Shown one piece after another: positions 51,999 to 64,000 of a DNA stretch of 64,000 nt; position 1 is the stretch's first letter, and the number at the start of each line of letters is the position of its first letter. A program made the translations under genes and the position numbers. The stretch spans positions 2,358 to 66,357 of the forward strand of contig NW_021837035.1 of the NCBI RefSeq assembly GCF_006345805.1. Direction: 5' to 3'. Below the pieces are notes generated by a model. It did no database searches and had not been told where the DNA came from. It worked only from the letters and a program-made list of their open reading frames with translations. The stretch comes from Octopus sinensis. Its lineage: Eukaryota.

Positions 51999-54477
51999 TT
52001 TGGTGGATAGCAATGTGTTTGGCAAAGGTGTAATAAAAAGGAACACGTGGAGTAAGTATCCGAAAATGTATAAAAATGTACAAAAACGGCAAAAAAGCGG
52101 GCAGCAATGTGAGTGACAACAACGAAAAAGCGAAAAGTGACCAAACTTAACAAACGAATGGAAAACGTTTTTTGGTGTATACCACAAAAACGGCTTATAA
52201 TAAACCAAGAGTTTGCAAGTAGCGTCCGAGGACCCTTAGGGTACGTCAAAAATTTAAGGTAAAATGTTTGGGGTGGTAGTTATAAAGAAAGTTTAAACAA
52301 AAAAAGTATTCAAATAACTTGCGGCTGCAGCAGCTATTAGCAGAAGTGGCGGTGTTGGGGGTAAAGTCTCGAATGTAATTTCTTCCTGGTAGGAATTGGT
52401 TGGTTGAATTATCGATAACTGTTTGATAGTTATTTCAGAGTGTAAGAGTTAAAAAGGTCGAGTTGCGTCCCCTAGACAGTCTGTAGTTTGTGTTAAATAC
52501 ACAAATCGGTTTGCTATGTGTGCCACATATGATTTAATTAACCGATTTTTTCCAGTAATAAAGTATCCTATTGGAATAAAAAGGGCCATATAGCTCCTTG
52601 GAGCAGACATGATGCTCGTTGTGAATTTTAAAAAAAATTCCTGCCAATTTGTGAAAGATATTGTCGAAAAGATGTCATCTTGAATTTGAACGCGATTTCC
52701 CAAAATGGCATGATTTTATCGATTTTTTCTGATGGTAAGGTATTGCATGGAAAACTAACATCAGAATTAAGTTTCTTAGGGTAACATTAAGCTTCACCAT
52801 GAGTTTGGTGAAAATCGATTGTAAGTTGCGAAAACTACAACAGAAAATGTGTTGCATATAAAAAGGTTAGATTCTCGACCCCATGTCGAATTTATCGATT
52901 TTTTTTCAAAACTGGGGGAACTTTTCAAACTTTTCGTTGCGTTAGTTTTGAATAATGACATTGTGTGTTAAGTTTCATCAGAATCGGTTGAAAGCCGTGG
53001 TCAGGGTGAGGGTACAACCTGACAGACACACAGACAGACAAACTGCCGTTTATATAGAGAGATACGTGCATACATACATACATTCATTCATCTATCCATC
53101 CATCTATCCATCCATCCATTCATCCATCCATACATCCATCCATCCATCCATCCATCCATTCATACATACATACTTACATGAATGCATACGTACAAACATG
53201 CATACACGCGCGTGTGTGTGTATATATACACATATATGCACATGTATGTGAGAACATGTGGGTATCTGCTTTTGTAAACGAGTGCGAGAAGGCTATTTAA
53301 TGCATGTAATAGACTTTCTTTATTCCTCAAGACTTATGATTTGGTTCGTTGTTTTTATTTCTGCCTGGCTAAACACGTCATGGTAATTCTGACCACTATT
53401 ATCAGTTCCAGTTCATCACAGAAAAACAAATTTCTAAACGTATTTTCTTCTATAAAGATTTATTAATTTATTATTCTGACCAGTACTTCTTCTCTCTTCT
53501 GTTCTCTTGTACACCTTTCTCTCCCTCTCTCTTTCTCTATCTCCCTCTCTTTTTCTCTCTTTCCCTCCCTCTATCCATCTATCTATCTATTTATCTATCT
53601 ATCTTTCTGTCTATTTATCTTTCTATCTATTTATCTCTCTTTCACACACACACATACGCACAAAAAATCATTCCCTCCCTCTCTCTCATACTCCCTCTCT
53701 CTCCCGCCTTCTCTCTCCCTCCTTCTCTCTCCCTCTCTCTCCCTCACTCGCTCTCTCTCCGTAACATTCTATCAGTTTTTTTATCATTCCTTTTCTCACT
53801 ATGTTTTGTGTGCGTCAGAGTTAACTTGCTTATATTCATGTGTTCAAAGCTTTCATATCTCTTCACACTGCCTCTTTACTTATCTTCCATTTTATCTTCA
53901 AAGCCCTTGCCATTTGAAACATACTGGATTTCGCTGTAAACATTGTCCTCTTTCTTTCCGCATTGTGCAGCCCCCTCACTGCAGACATCAATTTGCATTG
54001 ACGTTTCTTCAACTACCCGTAACTAGGGTCTATATACCTGGTTTTCTCTCCCTCAGCAAACAAATTGTTTTGTCCAAAATGCGTGAATCCGATTCTGTCA
54101 AGGTATGAAATATATTACATTTTTTTAATTACTTTTATTAGTTTTGCTCATTCGAAACAAACTATGCTTTCGTATTCCATGCTTTTACTCAGCTGCTATT
54201 TTTCCAAATAAATTATATCTTTCGTATAGGAATTGCTATTATTTTCATTTCTGAAGGGATATTTACAGGTCACATCCAGCTATCTAAACGGAAGTGTTGA
54301 TCACCAAATGTTAAGGAATTTTGGTAGGAAAAAAGAAAAATGAATTAAACACTTAAATAAAATCAACCATAAAACAAATCCTAAATACTTAAATATTGGA
54401 GCTGCACTTCTTTTGCTGACAATAGAGTTGCGTATAAAATAATCTAGCCCGGCTTTTACATTTTATGTCCTAATACA

Positions 54478-55830
54478 TCTCCTGATGTGGCTGTGTAGTC
54501 ATATCCTGGACAAACACTCCCTCTGGCAGGTGCCGCAAATGTAACGAAGACTTTGCCTGGCTGGTTGTAACGTCATACTTCTTGTTGACGTCTTTTCTTG
54601 TCTTTCCATTTCTCCTCTCCCTCTATGTCACTCCTTTGTTTTCCCTCTTTTACAGTACGTCGCCAATCGCCACGGTCACTGGCAACTGCTAATATTGATG
54701 TTGCAGGCATTCCTGTCCCTTTTGCAAACTTCCTTGTATCGTAAGAACTGTCTTGCCACAGACCTAGTGCCCCTAGCAAGCTCTCCGTTGAGTATGTTCT
54801 TGGGGATTCTGCCATATTCCATACGGCTAACATGTCCAAGCCATCTCATACGTCTTTATGTGAGGAGTGCAAACATGCTTAATATTCCTGCTTGCTTCAG
54901 GACATCTTTGTTGGGGACATGATTCTGCCATTTGATGCGAAGGATTTTCCGGAGGCAGCGCAGGTGAAAGATATTTAGGCGACGTATGGCGTCGTATGGC
55001 GTGTGTATGGCGTCCAACTCTCACTTCCATACCGTAGAGTGCTAAGTACACATGCCTGGTAAATCTTCATTTTTGTGGTCTTGATCAGCTTATTGTTGGA
55101 GAGTTGGGCCATCACAGCAGCTGCCTTGCCAATGTGTATATTGAGCTCAGCATCAAGGAATAGGTTGTAGGTAACGGTAGAGCCAAGATAGGTAAACTTC
55201 TCCACCTCCTGTAGTCTGTGGTCTCCAATATGTATGTTTGGGATGTCCGATGTAGCCTGACCCATGATGTTGGTCTTCTTGAGGCTAATAAATAAGCCAA
55301 AGCTGCTACATGCTTGCTCAAAACGTTTGATGAGCCTTTGTAGGGCTTCTTCTGTGTGTGATACCAGAGCGGCATTATAAGCAAATAACATCTCCTTGAT
55401 CAGGATGCTTCTTATTTTGGTCTTGGTAGGCAGACGCGAGATATTGAACAGCTTCCAATCACTTCTACTGTGCAGAAACACTCCATCATTTAATGTCTCA
55501 AAGGCATGTGACAACAGCAGCGAGAAGATGCCAAATAATGTAGGAGCAAGGATACAACATTGCTTTATCATGGAAAGATTTGATGATCCTCAGCAGCTTT
55601 GGTGGACATCCGATTTTTCGGAGCAGGATGAACAGGCCTTTTCTACGTACCAAGTCAAAGGCCTTTGTCAGATCAATGAAGGCCATATATAATGGTATTT
55701 TCTGCTCTCTGGACTTCTGAAGTTGGCGTATGGAGAATATCATGTCAATAGTTGATCTGCTTCTTCTAAAGCCACACTGCGATTCTGGATACATTCGAGA
55801 AGCAATTGATACATACAACTGAGTGGGCAA
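54478..55830 (-). mobile_element. 5'-truncated RTE-clade LINE (RT and C-terminal Zn motif)
   Basis: YPESQCGFRRSRSTIDMIF; FIDLTKAFD; KQCCILAPTLF; LFAYNAAL (decayed YADD); KFTYLGS; RWLGHVSRM; C-terminal CGTC..ECLSRI.LHSH. Confidence 0.93.
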
Positions 55831-55864
55831 ACAAAAATATGAGACACTGCGTAGTGATTTTTTT

Positions 55865-56178
55865 ATATTTTGATAAGCCTGGTACTTATTCTATCAGTTT
55901 CTTCTTGTGAAACCAGTAAGTTATGGGGATGTAAATAAACGAGCACCAGTTGTGAAGCAGTGTTGAGGGAGAAACACAAAGACACACACATAGACTTACA
56001 TATATTCATATATATACATACAATTGATTTCTTTCAGTTTCTGTCTATAAAAACCACTGACAAGGCTTTGGTTGGTCTCAGACTATAGCAGAAGACACAT
56101 GTCAAGTTACCACACAGTGGGACTGAACTGAGGACCATGTGTTTTGGAACCAAGTTTGTTACCACACAGCCACACCTG
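55865..56178 (-). mobile_element. CORE-like tRNA SINE
   Basis: Homologous to 21256-21732 (gaagacac..., accacacagccac head). Confidence 0.8.
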
Positions 56179-56461
56179 CACCTATGTACGTGGGTGCATG
56201 TGGGGTGGGGTTGATCGGTTTGTGTGTATGTGTGTATGGGTGTATATATGTATGCATGTATATATGTGTATATATATATGTGTACATATTACATGTACAT
56301 CTTTATATACATCTAGACATACATGTAAATCTATAGAAATACATATATACATATACAGCTATATATATACATGTATACATATACATCTATATATATACAT
56401 GTATATATACATGTATACATATACATGTATATATATACATGTATATATACATGTATATATA

Positions 56462-56504
<43 letters not shown>

Positions 56505-56549
56505 CATATACAATAGAGAGATGCTTTTGTTTCACTTTTAACACGTAAT

Positions 56550-56884
56550 ACTGAAATAGTGGAGAAGATGTGATATTGCTGTGGGCTCGCCCTAGACATG
56601 AAGTTAAAAATTGTTTTGCCTATAACACTACATGGACCCAAAGTAAGGCATGTGTAAAATTTGAATGAAATTGGTTGAGTAGATCTCAAGCTTTAGGGAT
56701 TTATAGTGGAGAAGATATGATATTGCTACGGTCTCGCTCTAGGCAAGAAGTAAATTTTTTTGCCCATGACAATTCTAGGCCCCTAAGTAAGACATGTGTA
56801 AAAGTTGAATGAAAATGGTTATGTAGTTCTCAAGTTTAGTGATTGACACAGACAGACACACATTCTCAGTTTTATATACATAGA
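56550..56884 (-). mobile_element. Non-autonomous Helitron-like fragment with two 147-bp tandem units
   Basis: The minus strand begins A|TCTATGTATATAAAACTGAG followed by a TGTC microsatellite, like the 5' end of the large Helitron. Units start atagtggagaag at 56556 and 56703. No clear CTAG 3' end was found. Confidence 0.55.
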
Positions 56885-57120
56885 TATATGTGTGTGTATG
56901 TGTGTATTTGTTATTTGTGTCTGTGTTTGTCCCTCCACCATCGCTTCACAACCGATGTTGGTGTTTTTACCTCCCCGTAACCTAGCGGCTCATCAAAAAG
57001 TGACTGATAGAATAAACACTAAGCTTACAGAGAATAAGTTCTGGGGTCGATTTGTTCGACTAAAGGCGATGCTCAAACATAGCCGCAGTGAAATGACTGA
57101 AACAAGTAAAAGGATAAAAG
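56885..57120 (+). mobile_element. 3' half of a CORE-like SINE
   Basis: gtgtttgtccctccaccatcgc...ggggtcgatttgttcgactaaaggcg...gaaatgactgaaacaagtaaaag. Confidence 0.85.
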
Positions 57121-57254
57121 AAAGTTTTGCGGGAGCGAGAAAAATAATTCTCTCTTCTGGGTGGCTTTTACAAAGATTAATGCCTGAACCACGATATACA
57201 AAATTATTTATTTTCTATGGTTATTGACTTTATGAGAGATTTAGTGCTTGATGT

Positions 57255-57307
<53 letters not shown>

Positions 57308-57310
<3 letters not shown>

Positions 57311-57362
57311 TCGTATTTTTTTAACCAAAGAATTTAATTCTTAGTTAAAAATAATACGAGTG
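57308..57362. mobile_element. 55-bp TA-flanked near-perfect palindrome (collapsed MITE)
   Basis: TA|CACTCGTATTTTTTTAACCAAAGAAT-TTA-ATTCTTAGTTAAAAATAATACGAGTG|TA. Confidence 0.65.
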
Positions 57363-58779
57363 TATCTATCACAAAACAACTTAATTCATTCGTTCGATGT
57401 ATTCAAAAACCATTGCTAGCTGAAAAGAAATATCTGGTTATAAAAGTATCAACAAAATTCTCAATAATCAAAAACAGGACTGTAAATATAGGTCTTCTGT
57501 ATTGGTAAGACGAAGAACATACTGAGAAAAACTGGAATCGTCACGTGTTTAGAGGATATTCAGTAGAAGTTTAAGATCATACGGAGAGCATTGTTCATGA
57601 GTTGGGGAAAATACAATTTGAAAGGTAATTGGTACTTTAATTTTGAGCGTATGTTCACGGACAGTTTGCGTTGTAGGCTTTTGACGAATAATTGATGATT
57701 CTTTAACTTTTTTACACAAGTATGGGCAAAAATGTCGGCAGTTGCAGCTGTGTATTGATACAAGTGTCCACCCACTTAGATACCAAGCTCAAAAAGAAAA
57801 GTTTACTGTTTTTATTGAATCTTGCACTCGTATACAAACAATTTATCAACGTCACCTACTGGACTTACGTATAACACTCCAGGTTGTTAAGCTAATTTCC
57901 AAAACCCTATCATTTAGTCTCCACATCGTTCCATGCTATATTTGTGCAAAATGGTATAGAGACTGAAATGCAGTGAGCAGAAAATCCCTGAAAAATCTGT
58001 GGTAAAACCAGGAAGTATAAGAGATGGAGCAGCGAATGTAACCTCTATATTACAGAGAAGCTAAATAATCTAACGCCAACATTGAGCATTCTGAACATCA
58101 GCGAATAAACTTCCTCTTTTTGCCCACATACGCTACAGTTTAAAATTCAAAATTTTAAGCAGAACTCCATTTTTTGCGATCCACCTTCCCAGCCTGGATA
58201 AGCACACCTATCTTCCATTGACACCCTTCGCACCTTTTCACACGCATAAACACACCATACCAACGAAACCAGGTTCACATTCTTAAATTCAACTATATAT
58301 ACATAAAACCTATGCATCGCATAACATTTTATAAAGTGCATAGAACTTACAGAATTTGTAGTTTTTTTTTTTAATTATGAAATAATTAATATGCAAGTTC
58401 AATTACATTTATATATATGTAAGTGTGTATGTAGGCATTTATCTATATATGCATATGTGTATGTAGGTGTGTTTATTTATATATGTATATGTAGCTGCGT
58501 GTATTGATACATACACTATATGCTTCAAAATCTTTCATATAAATAGGATAGCGCATGCATATGTATGTGTGTTTCAGTATATATATAAAGGTATAATATA
58601 GGTATATTTGGTATATTTATATACATTTGCACATATATGAACGCTATGTGAACGTATCTACACAAATATAAATTGTATATATATACACGTACACGTATAA
58701 TGGCGTTTTCACGTATACACTATATTTTCTATATACTTTAATTTGCACGAAAACAACATGCATATTTGCAGCAGAAATA

Positions 58780-59400
58780 CCTGCACCATAAATCGCAGTC
58801 AGCATCGGAGACCATGTACTGAAGTTTTAACGTGCATCAGTCACAAAATATTCTGAATTAGCAAGCAAAACATTATAGGGTCCGCTATAAGGAGTCTTCA
58901 GGTGCCTTTGCACTCTACTGTTGCGGAAGACAAGATATTAAGTACCACAATTTGTAGACACGTATGTATAAACTTTGAGTTCCTTTGGTATAGCTTTTGG
59001 CAAATCGGACATATATTGCTGCCAGCACTGTGCATAATTAGACGGGTCTTGAACTGTCTAAGAATTTCCTATGGCCATTTGTCTGGCTAGATGTAATATA
59101 CTACAATATACTATTCCTGTTGAAATAAAACCAACTACCGATTTAACCAATGATCTGGTGCCAAATAATATTATCTGCAGTTATTCCAATCGTGTATCTA
59201 TGCTACCATACGTTTTAGAAGCGGCTTGCATTGACGATAAAACTTATTTATCATCCTATATTGGGTCGAGGAATGTGTCGTCGTACGAATTGTTTCTTAC
59301 TGACCAGTTGCCTAAACTAAGTAAAAAAGCAGACTAAAGCATTTTCTGATAAAAGGGCGTAAAAGGTGGTAGATTCGAAATTTTACATTTGCAGCAAACT
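58780..59400 (-). mobile_element. Ty3/gypsy LTR-retrotransposon integrase relic
   Basis: LQIILFGTRSLVKSVVGFISTGIVYCSILHLARQ (cf. LPxVLLGIRxxxKxDLxxSxAELVYGxxLRLPG); PKAIPKELK; VFRNSRVQRHLKTPYSGPYNVL. Confidence 0.7.
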
Positions 59401-59515
59401 GCATCTGACCCACGCTTATTGGAAACATATTTAGTTTGCTTTAATAAGCATCACAACAGGTAAGACTCGATGTCACAGTTAACAGTAACAGGGTAACAGT
59501 AACTCTTATATATAA

Positions 59516-59821
59516 AGTGCGTGGCTTAGGGCTTGGAATAATCGGCTCACGATCGTAAGGTCGTGAGTTCAATTCCTGGCAACGCGTTGTGTCCTTGAGT
59601 GAGACACTTCATTTTCACATTGCTCCACTCAGCTGGCAAAAATTAGTAATACTTGTATTTCAAAGGGCCAACCTTGTCACACTCTGTGTCACGCTGAATC
59701 TCCCCGAGTAAGAGTACATGTACCCGTGGAGTGCTCCAAAACTTGCAGATTAATTTCACGAGCAGACTGTTCCGTTGATCACATCAGCTGGGACCCACGT
59801 CGTTGTAACCGACGGAGTGCT
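59516..59821 (+). mobile_element. tRNA-derived SINE (head H2 with CORE-like segment, tail T2)
   Basis: gtggcttagg..gtgagttcaattcc (A/B boxes); gcgttgtgtccttgagtgagacact (CORE-like); 59654-59821 matches 30879-31064. Confidence 0.85.
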
Positions 59822-59844
59822 CTTTTAAATATATATATATATGT

Positions 59845-59990
59845 ATATATATATGGCACGTGTCTTCTATTATAGCTTCGGGTGGGCCAAAGACTTGTGA
59901 ATAGATTTGGTAGACAGAAACTGAAAGAAGCCCTTCGTATATATACATATGTTTGTGTGTGTATATATATGTATGTGTGTGTGTGCATAT
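59845..59990 (+). mobile_element. Partial CORE-like SINE
   Basis: gtgtcttctattatagc...gatttggtagacagaaactgaaagaagccc. Confidence 0.75.
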
Positions 59991-60059
59991 ATGTATATGT
60001 AACCCAGTTCTTTAATCATTGACTATGCTAACTAATATCACCTTTGACACTAAGAATTC

Positions 60060-60830
60060 TTAGTGAAGAGAGTGGTTTTGGACATCCTGCAGAATGAAGG
60101 ACAAAACCCACAAAACCAAAAGTTGTGGGCTAGTATCCCGGTGGGGTGCAAATATCAAGTGGTATATCCCAAGAGGCAAATCACATAGATAGGACTGTGG
60201 ATACTAAACGTTTTCCCTGATGACACTCGCGTTTCATAAATGTTGCATAAAAGAGGGACAACTGCATAGGTTTTATGAAGAAAGTAGTACCTTTGTGTAT
60301 ATATTCTCAGGTAGATAAGACAGCGCTTATCAAAAGAGACGCAAGAAACTCCAACGTCAGAGATAAACAACATCAGTCGACGGAATACGTAAACATTTAA
60401 CGATAGCAAAATATCCATGCTCTTTGCAATAAGCGACTCGACGAAAGTAAAAGTGGAGAAAAGTTACAGGTCTCCAAATCTGCTCAAATAACATGGAAGC
60501 CGGAAGTAGATGTTTGTTGGAGAAGGCAAAAAGGATAACCTAAGTCAGGCTTACTGTTCCTTGGGAAGTAGAATGATTCGAAGCCTCTCAATGGAAGCTC
60601 CCCGGTTACTATAAACGTTGGCAAGATTACAGAGCGTATGCACAGGAGGCATCGGAGTTGGTTTTGAGTGCAGAAGGTTTCCTACCTGATCAGTATGGGG
60701 AATAATTACAACTGTAATATTAGGACGAGAGATAAATGCGGCTGAGCGCTGGATAGATGCAGCAGAAAAGACCTCCGACTTCTTATGGAGCAAGAGAGAA
60801 GAGTTAAACTAGACGTCAGGGCGAAATTAT
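60060..60830 (-). mobile_element. Probable gag/protease relic of the same gypsy element
   Basis: CYLSRFGD (cf. gypsy gag CxYHxRFG) is followed by LFISDVGVSCVSFDK (cf. retropepsin xLxDTGASxSFID). It has the same strand and the expected order relative to the integrase relic. Confidence 0.4.
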
Positions 60831-61060
60831 GGGCAGCGATTTAACTAATGTCAATTTACCAAATGTAGGGTATAACAGTTCAGTCAAAATAGCCCGTGAT
60901 TGTTATACGCTCTGATCCATTTCTTCTGGTCGAAGGAGAATGAAGGAAAAACATTTTTCCGATGCAGATAATCTCGTTTATATATGTGTGTACGTGTGCA
61001 TGTGCATGTGTGCGTGTGTGTGACTATGTGTGTATGAGCACGCGCGCGTGTGTGTATATA

Positions 61061-61520
61061 CTAGGTGTAGGCAAAAATTATTCGACCTTTGGCCTAAAAA
61101 CAAGTAATATTATAAAACTCACCATTTTGATTTAGTCCCCTTCAATGTATTCAACTTGGAAGTCTACTCACTTCTGCCAGCTTTCCTGCCACTGCTGGAA
61201 ACATTTCTAAACATCACATTTTAGAATGCTGTAAAGCTGTTCCATCGAATTTTGCTTAATGTCCTGTGTTGACTCAAATCTTCTTATGAATGTTTTTTTT
61301 AAACTTTGGGAATAGCCAGAAGTCGAACGGGGCCAAATCTGGGCAGTAGAAAGCCTGACGAACAAGTGGTGTGTTTTGCTTGAAGAGGAATGCTTGGACG
61401 ACGTGGATGAATGAGCGGTTGCGTTGTCATTGTGGAATCGCTACTCACGGATCGGGGCGTTTTTGCTGCACAGCTTCACGAAGACTCCCAGGTAGTATTC
61501 TTAGTTAATTGTCTGGCCAC
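61061..61520 (-). mobile_element. Mariner (DD34D-type) transposon 3' relic
   Basis: GQTIN.EYY...LREAVQQKRP; HNDNATAH; YCPDLAPFDFWLFPKF (YSPDLAP motif). The TIR-like end TA|CTAGGTGTAGGCAAAAATTATTCGACC is at 61061. Confidence 0.85.
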
Positions 61521-63382
61521 AACGTGGCCCACTGTCCACTGAGGTGTGGTAGTCTTGGAACCTGCTGTACCACTCCTTTATTTGTGTGTTTGTATACGTA
61601 AATATATGAATATACTTATATATGTATATATTTATATATGTATATGTATGTATCCGATTTATATGAAAGATGTTGACGCGTATAGTGTATGCATCAGCGC
61701 ACACAGCTACATATATAAATATTTACCTACATACACACTTACATACACATATGCATATATAGATAAATGCCTACATATGTACTATGTGTGCATGTATATA
61801 TAGACAAGCATACTTATATACATGTCATTACCGTTGAATTTGTGTGGTGGTTAACTGACTACATAGATGTCCTTGCGATTAAACTTTTCAACTACTGGCT
61901 ATCTTAGTTTGTTAGTCTTGTTTATACGAGCGACAATATATAGACTTCCTTCCTACTAAATTATAAGTGATTAGTTGTACCAAAAGCAGTCCACTGTAAA
62001 AATAATTGGTTCAACATAACAAAACATTCTAGTCACGACTGTAAAAAAAAAAATCATGTGATAAAATAAAAACTTAACATTTGCAAATTATGTTTTTTCT
62101 ATGCAAAATAATTGAACGTATGTGAGTGTTTGTGACAATTGCTATGCTCTTAGAAATTTATACATATGTAGAACATGGTAAGTTCCAAACATTTTACAAT
62201 ATAAGTGCCAAAGATATGTCCCACAGCAATGTTTAATCCGCTATATGGCTCAATTTTGCATAAAAGTTAGATTCTGACTTTTACAAAATTCTGTAAAACA
62301 TATAACTCGAATATGCAATCCAAACCAGAGCCTCACAAGATTCATAAGTATCATCGGTTCTCATTAGCCAAATCACCTCCTCTTAAGGGATACGTTGTTA
62401 TCTCAAGCAATCGAAATTAAGCTTATGAATCAATAATGAAAATTATAATCCATTCTCCCCTTCGGTTCATCTAAGCACACTATGCCAAACAGTTGCTTCT
62501 TTTCTTTTCTTTTTTTTTCAAATTTACGCATGTTTCCTCCCAGTGGACCATAGTGATATGAAAAAAAAAAAGATTTGTGGCTGGAACAGTGCAAGTTTTC
62601 TTCTTCTCAAGAATAGCATGCATTATTTATTTGGACAGTTTCTAGCTCTATTCTGATTTTATGGACTGAAAATATACCATATGGACGGGTTTTGCTCACA
62701 TATCTCAGCACATAAGGTTATTTAACAAGCCATACATTCTTTCATGTATAATGCATATTGACTCCTTTTACCATTTACATTTGTGTAATAATGCTTCAAA
62801 TTGCTCACTCTTACTTTAGAATGAGCAAACCTGAAATACATTAGCAAATGATTCCCCTTTGTAGGTATGTAAAAAGTGAAAAACATACATATATTGTAAA
62901 CTATGATACCCGAAGAAAAAGACGAATCATTAAAAAATCATACCAAAAAACACAAAATACAAAATATTATGCTCTGCTCTTTCTATCCCACCACTAATCT
63001 CATAATACCTGCTCCTGCAAACTGGGAATCTATCAGCCAACTACGCCAGGATTAATTACCGCCTTTTCTCTACTTCAGAACCTGATTTTCTCTTCTCCTT
63101 CAGATCTCACACTGATCGCTTTTTGCAATTATTCCTAAAAATAGAATCTGGCAGAACTTGCTTTCTTTATGAACCTAGAGGCATTCAAAATTGAACAACA
63201 AATACATTTGCCTCATCATTCTAAGGATCTAATATTGGCCATGTTCGCTAGACTGATTTGACACTAGAGGCATTTGAACACTACACTATCTATTTCAAAT
63301 AGATCAAATACTGACTTGATACATATATATGGATAGACAGATAGATGGATAGATAGATAGATAGACAGATAGATAGATAGAC

Positions 63383-63416
<34 letters not shown>

Positions 63417-63424
63417 ATACATAA

Positions 63425-63521
<97 letters not shown>

Positions 63522-63536
63522 GATAGATAGATATTT

Positions 63537-63978
63537 CCTGTGGCTAAGGAGTTTATAACTCTTATTTCTAGCAATGCCGGTGCACTTTTCACCCTTGGTC
63601 ACTTTTTGTGACGATGAATTATTTAATTTTTTTTTTTTTGTTTTAAATTGCATCTAGCCACCTTAATTATTTTATAATTTCTACTGTATCATTTTGCGGA
63701 ATCAGCCACAGATTTCTATGGTAAAATCTACAAATACTGACAGGTGTGATTTCAGCTTCACCACCTGCAATGGAGTAAGCATTAATTACATGCCAATCTA
63801 ATGCAGCTCACTTGCAGTGGGGGGGGGGGCTCCCTTGTCACTTATATGGAACATACGCTTTCTCTGGCTAAGAAGCCTCTCACTTTTCTTTCTACCAATG
63901 ATGGTGCACCCTGCATTCTTGGTGACTTTTTAGTGATGGTGAAATATTTCCTTTTTAGTTTTAAATTGCGTCTAGCCA
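63537..63978 (+). repeat. Old diverged direct duplication (~120-bp units at 63537-63660 and 63863-63978)
   Basis: Shared blocks tggctaag, caat..ggtgcac, cttggt.acttttt and ttttaaattgc.tctagcca. Confidence 0.6.
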
Positions 63979-64000
63979 TATATGACTCCTAAAAGACTTC

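Larger units (their letters stand above)
47674..53062 (-). mobile_element. Near full-length Helitron (rolling-circle transposon), defective autonomous type
   Basis: On the minus strand it starts A|TCTCTCTATATAAACGG (53062) and ends CCCGGGCAACGCCGAG (hairpin)...CTAG|T (47674). It sits in an AT dinucleotide with no TSD and encodes a RepHel protein. GC content is visibly higher than the flanks. Confidence 0.95.

Overview
AT-rich eukaryotic genomic DNA dense in microsatellites. The repeat families point to an octopus/coleoid cephalopod (inference). The window is mostly transposon-derived and contains no confidently identifiable host gene; almost all listed ORFs are microsatellite artefacts. Main content: (1) a 5.39-kb minus-strand Helitron (47674-53062) with both termini, ten 23-aa STPR-like repeats, a HUH Rep and a Pif1 helicase, inactivated by stops, frameshifts and two internal deletions; (2) nine fragments of R4/Dong-like REL non-LTR retrotransposons with at least five different 3' ends, most abutting (TAA)n tracts; (3) an internally deleted L1/Tx1-like LINE, an RTE LINE, a Ty3/gypsy relic, a mariner relic and Penelope-like relics; (4) many tRNA-derived SINEs with swapped heads and tails; (5) an unexplained ~0.9-kb inverted duplication (22189-23091 / 24314-25178); (6) several tiny TA-flanked MITE-like hairpins; and (7) a few weak plus-strand exon candidates. 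All alignments and translations were done by eye, so coordinates not tied to a quoted motif are approximate.
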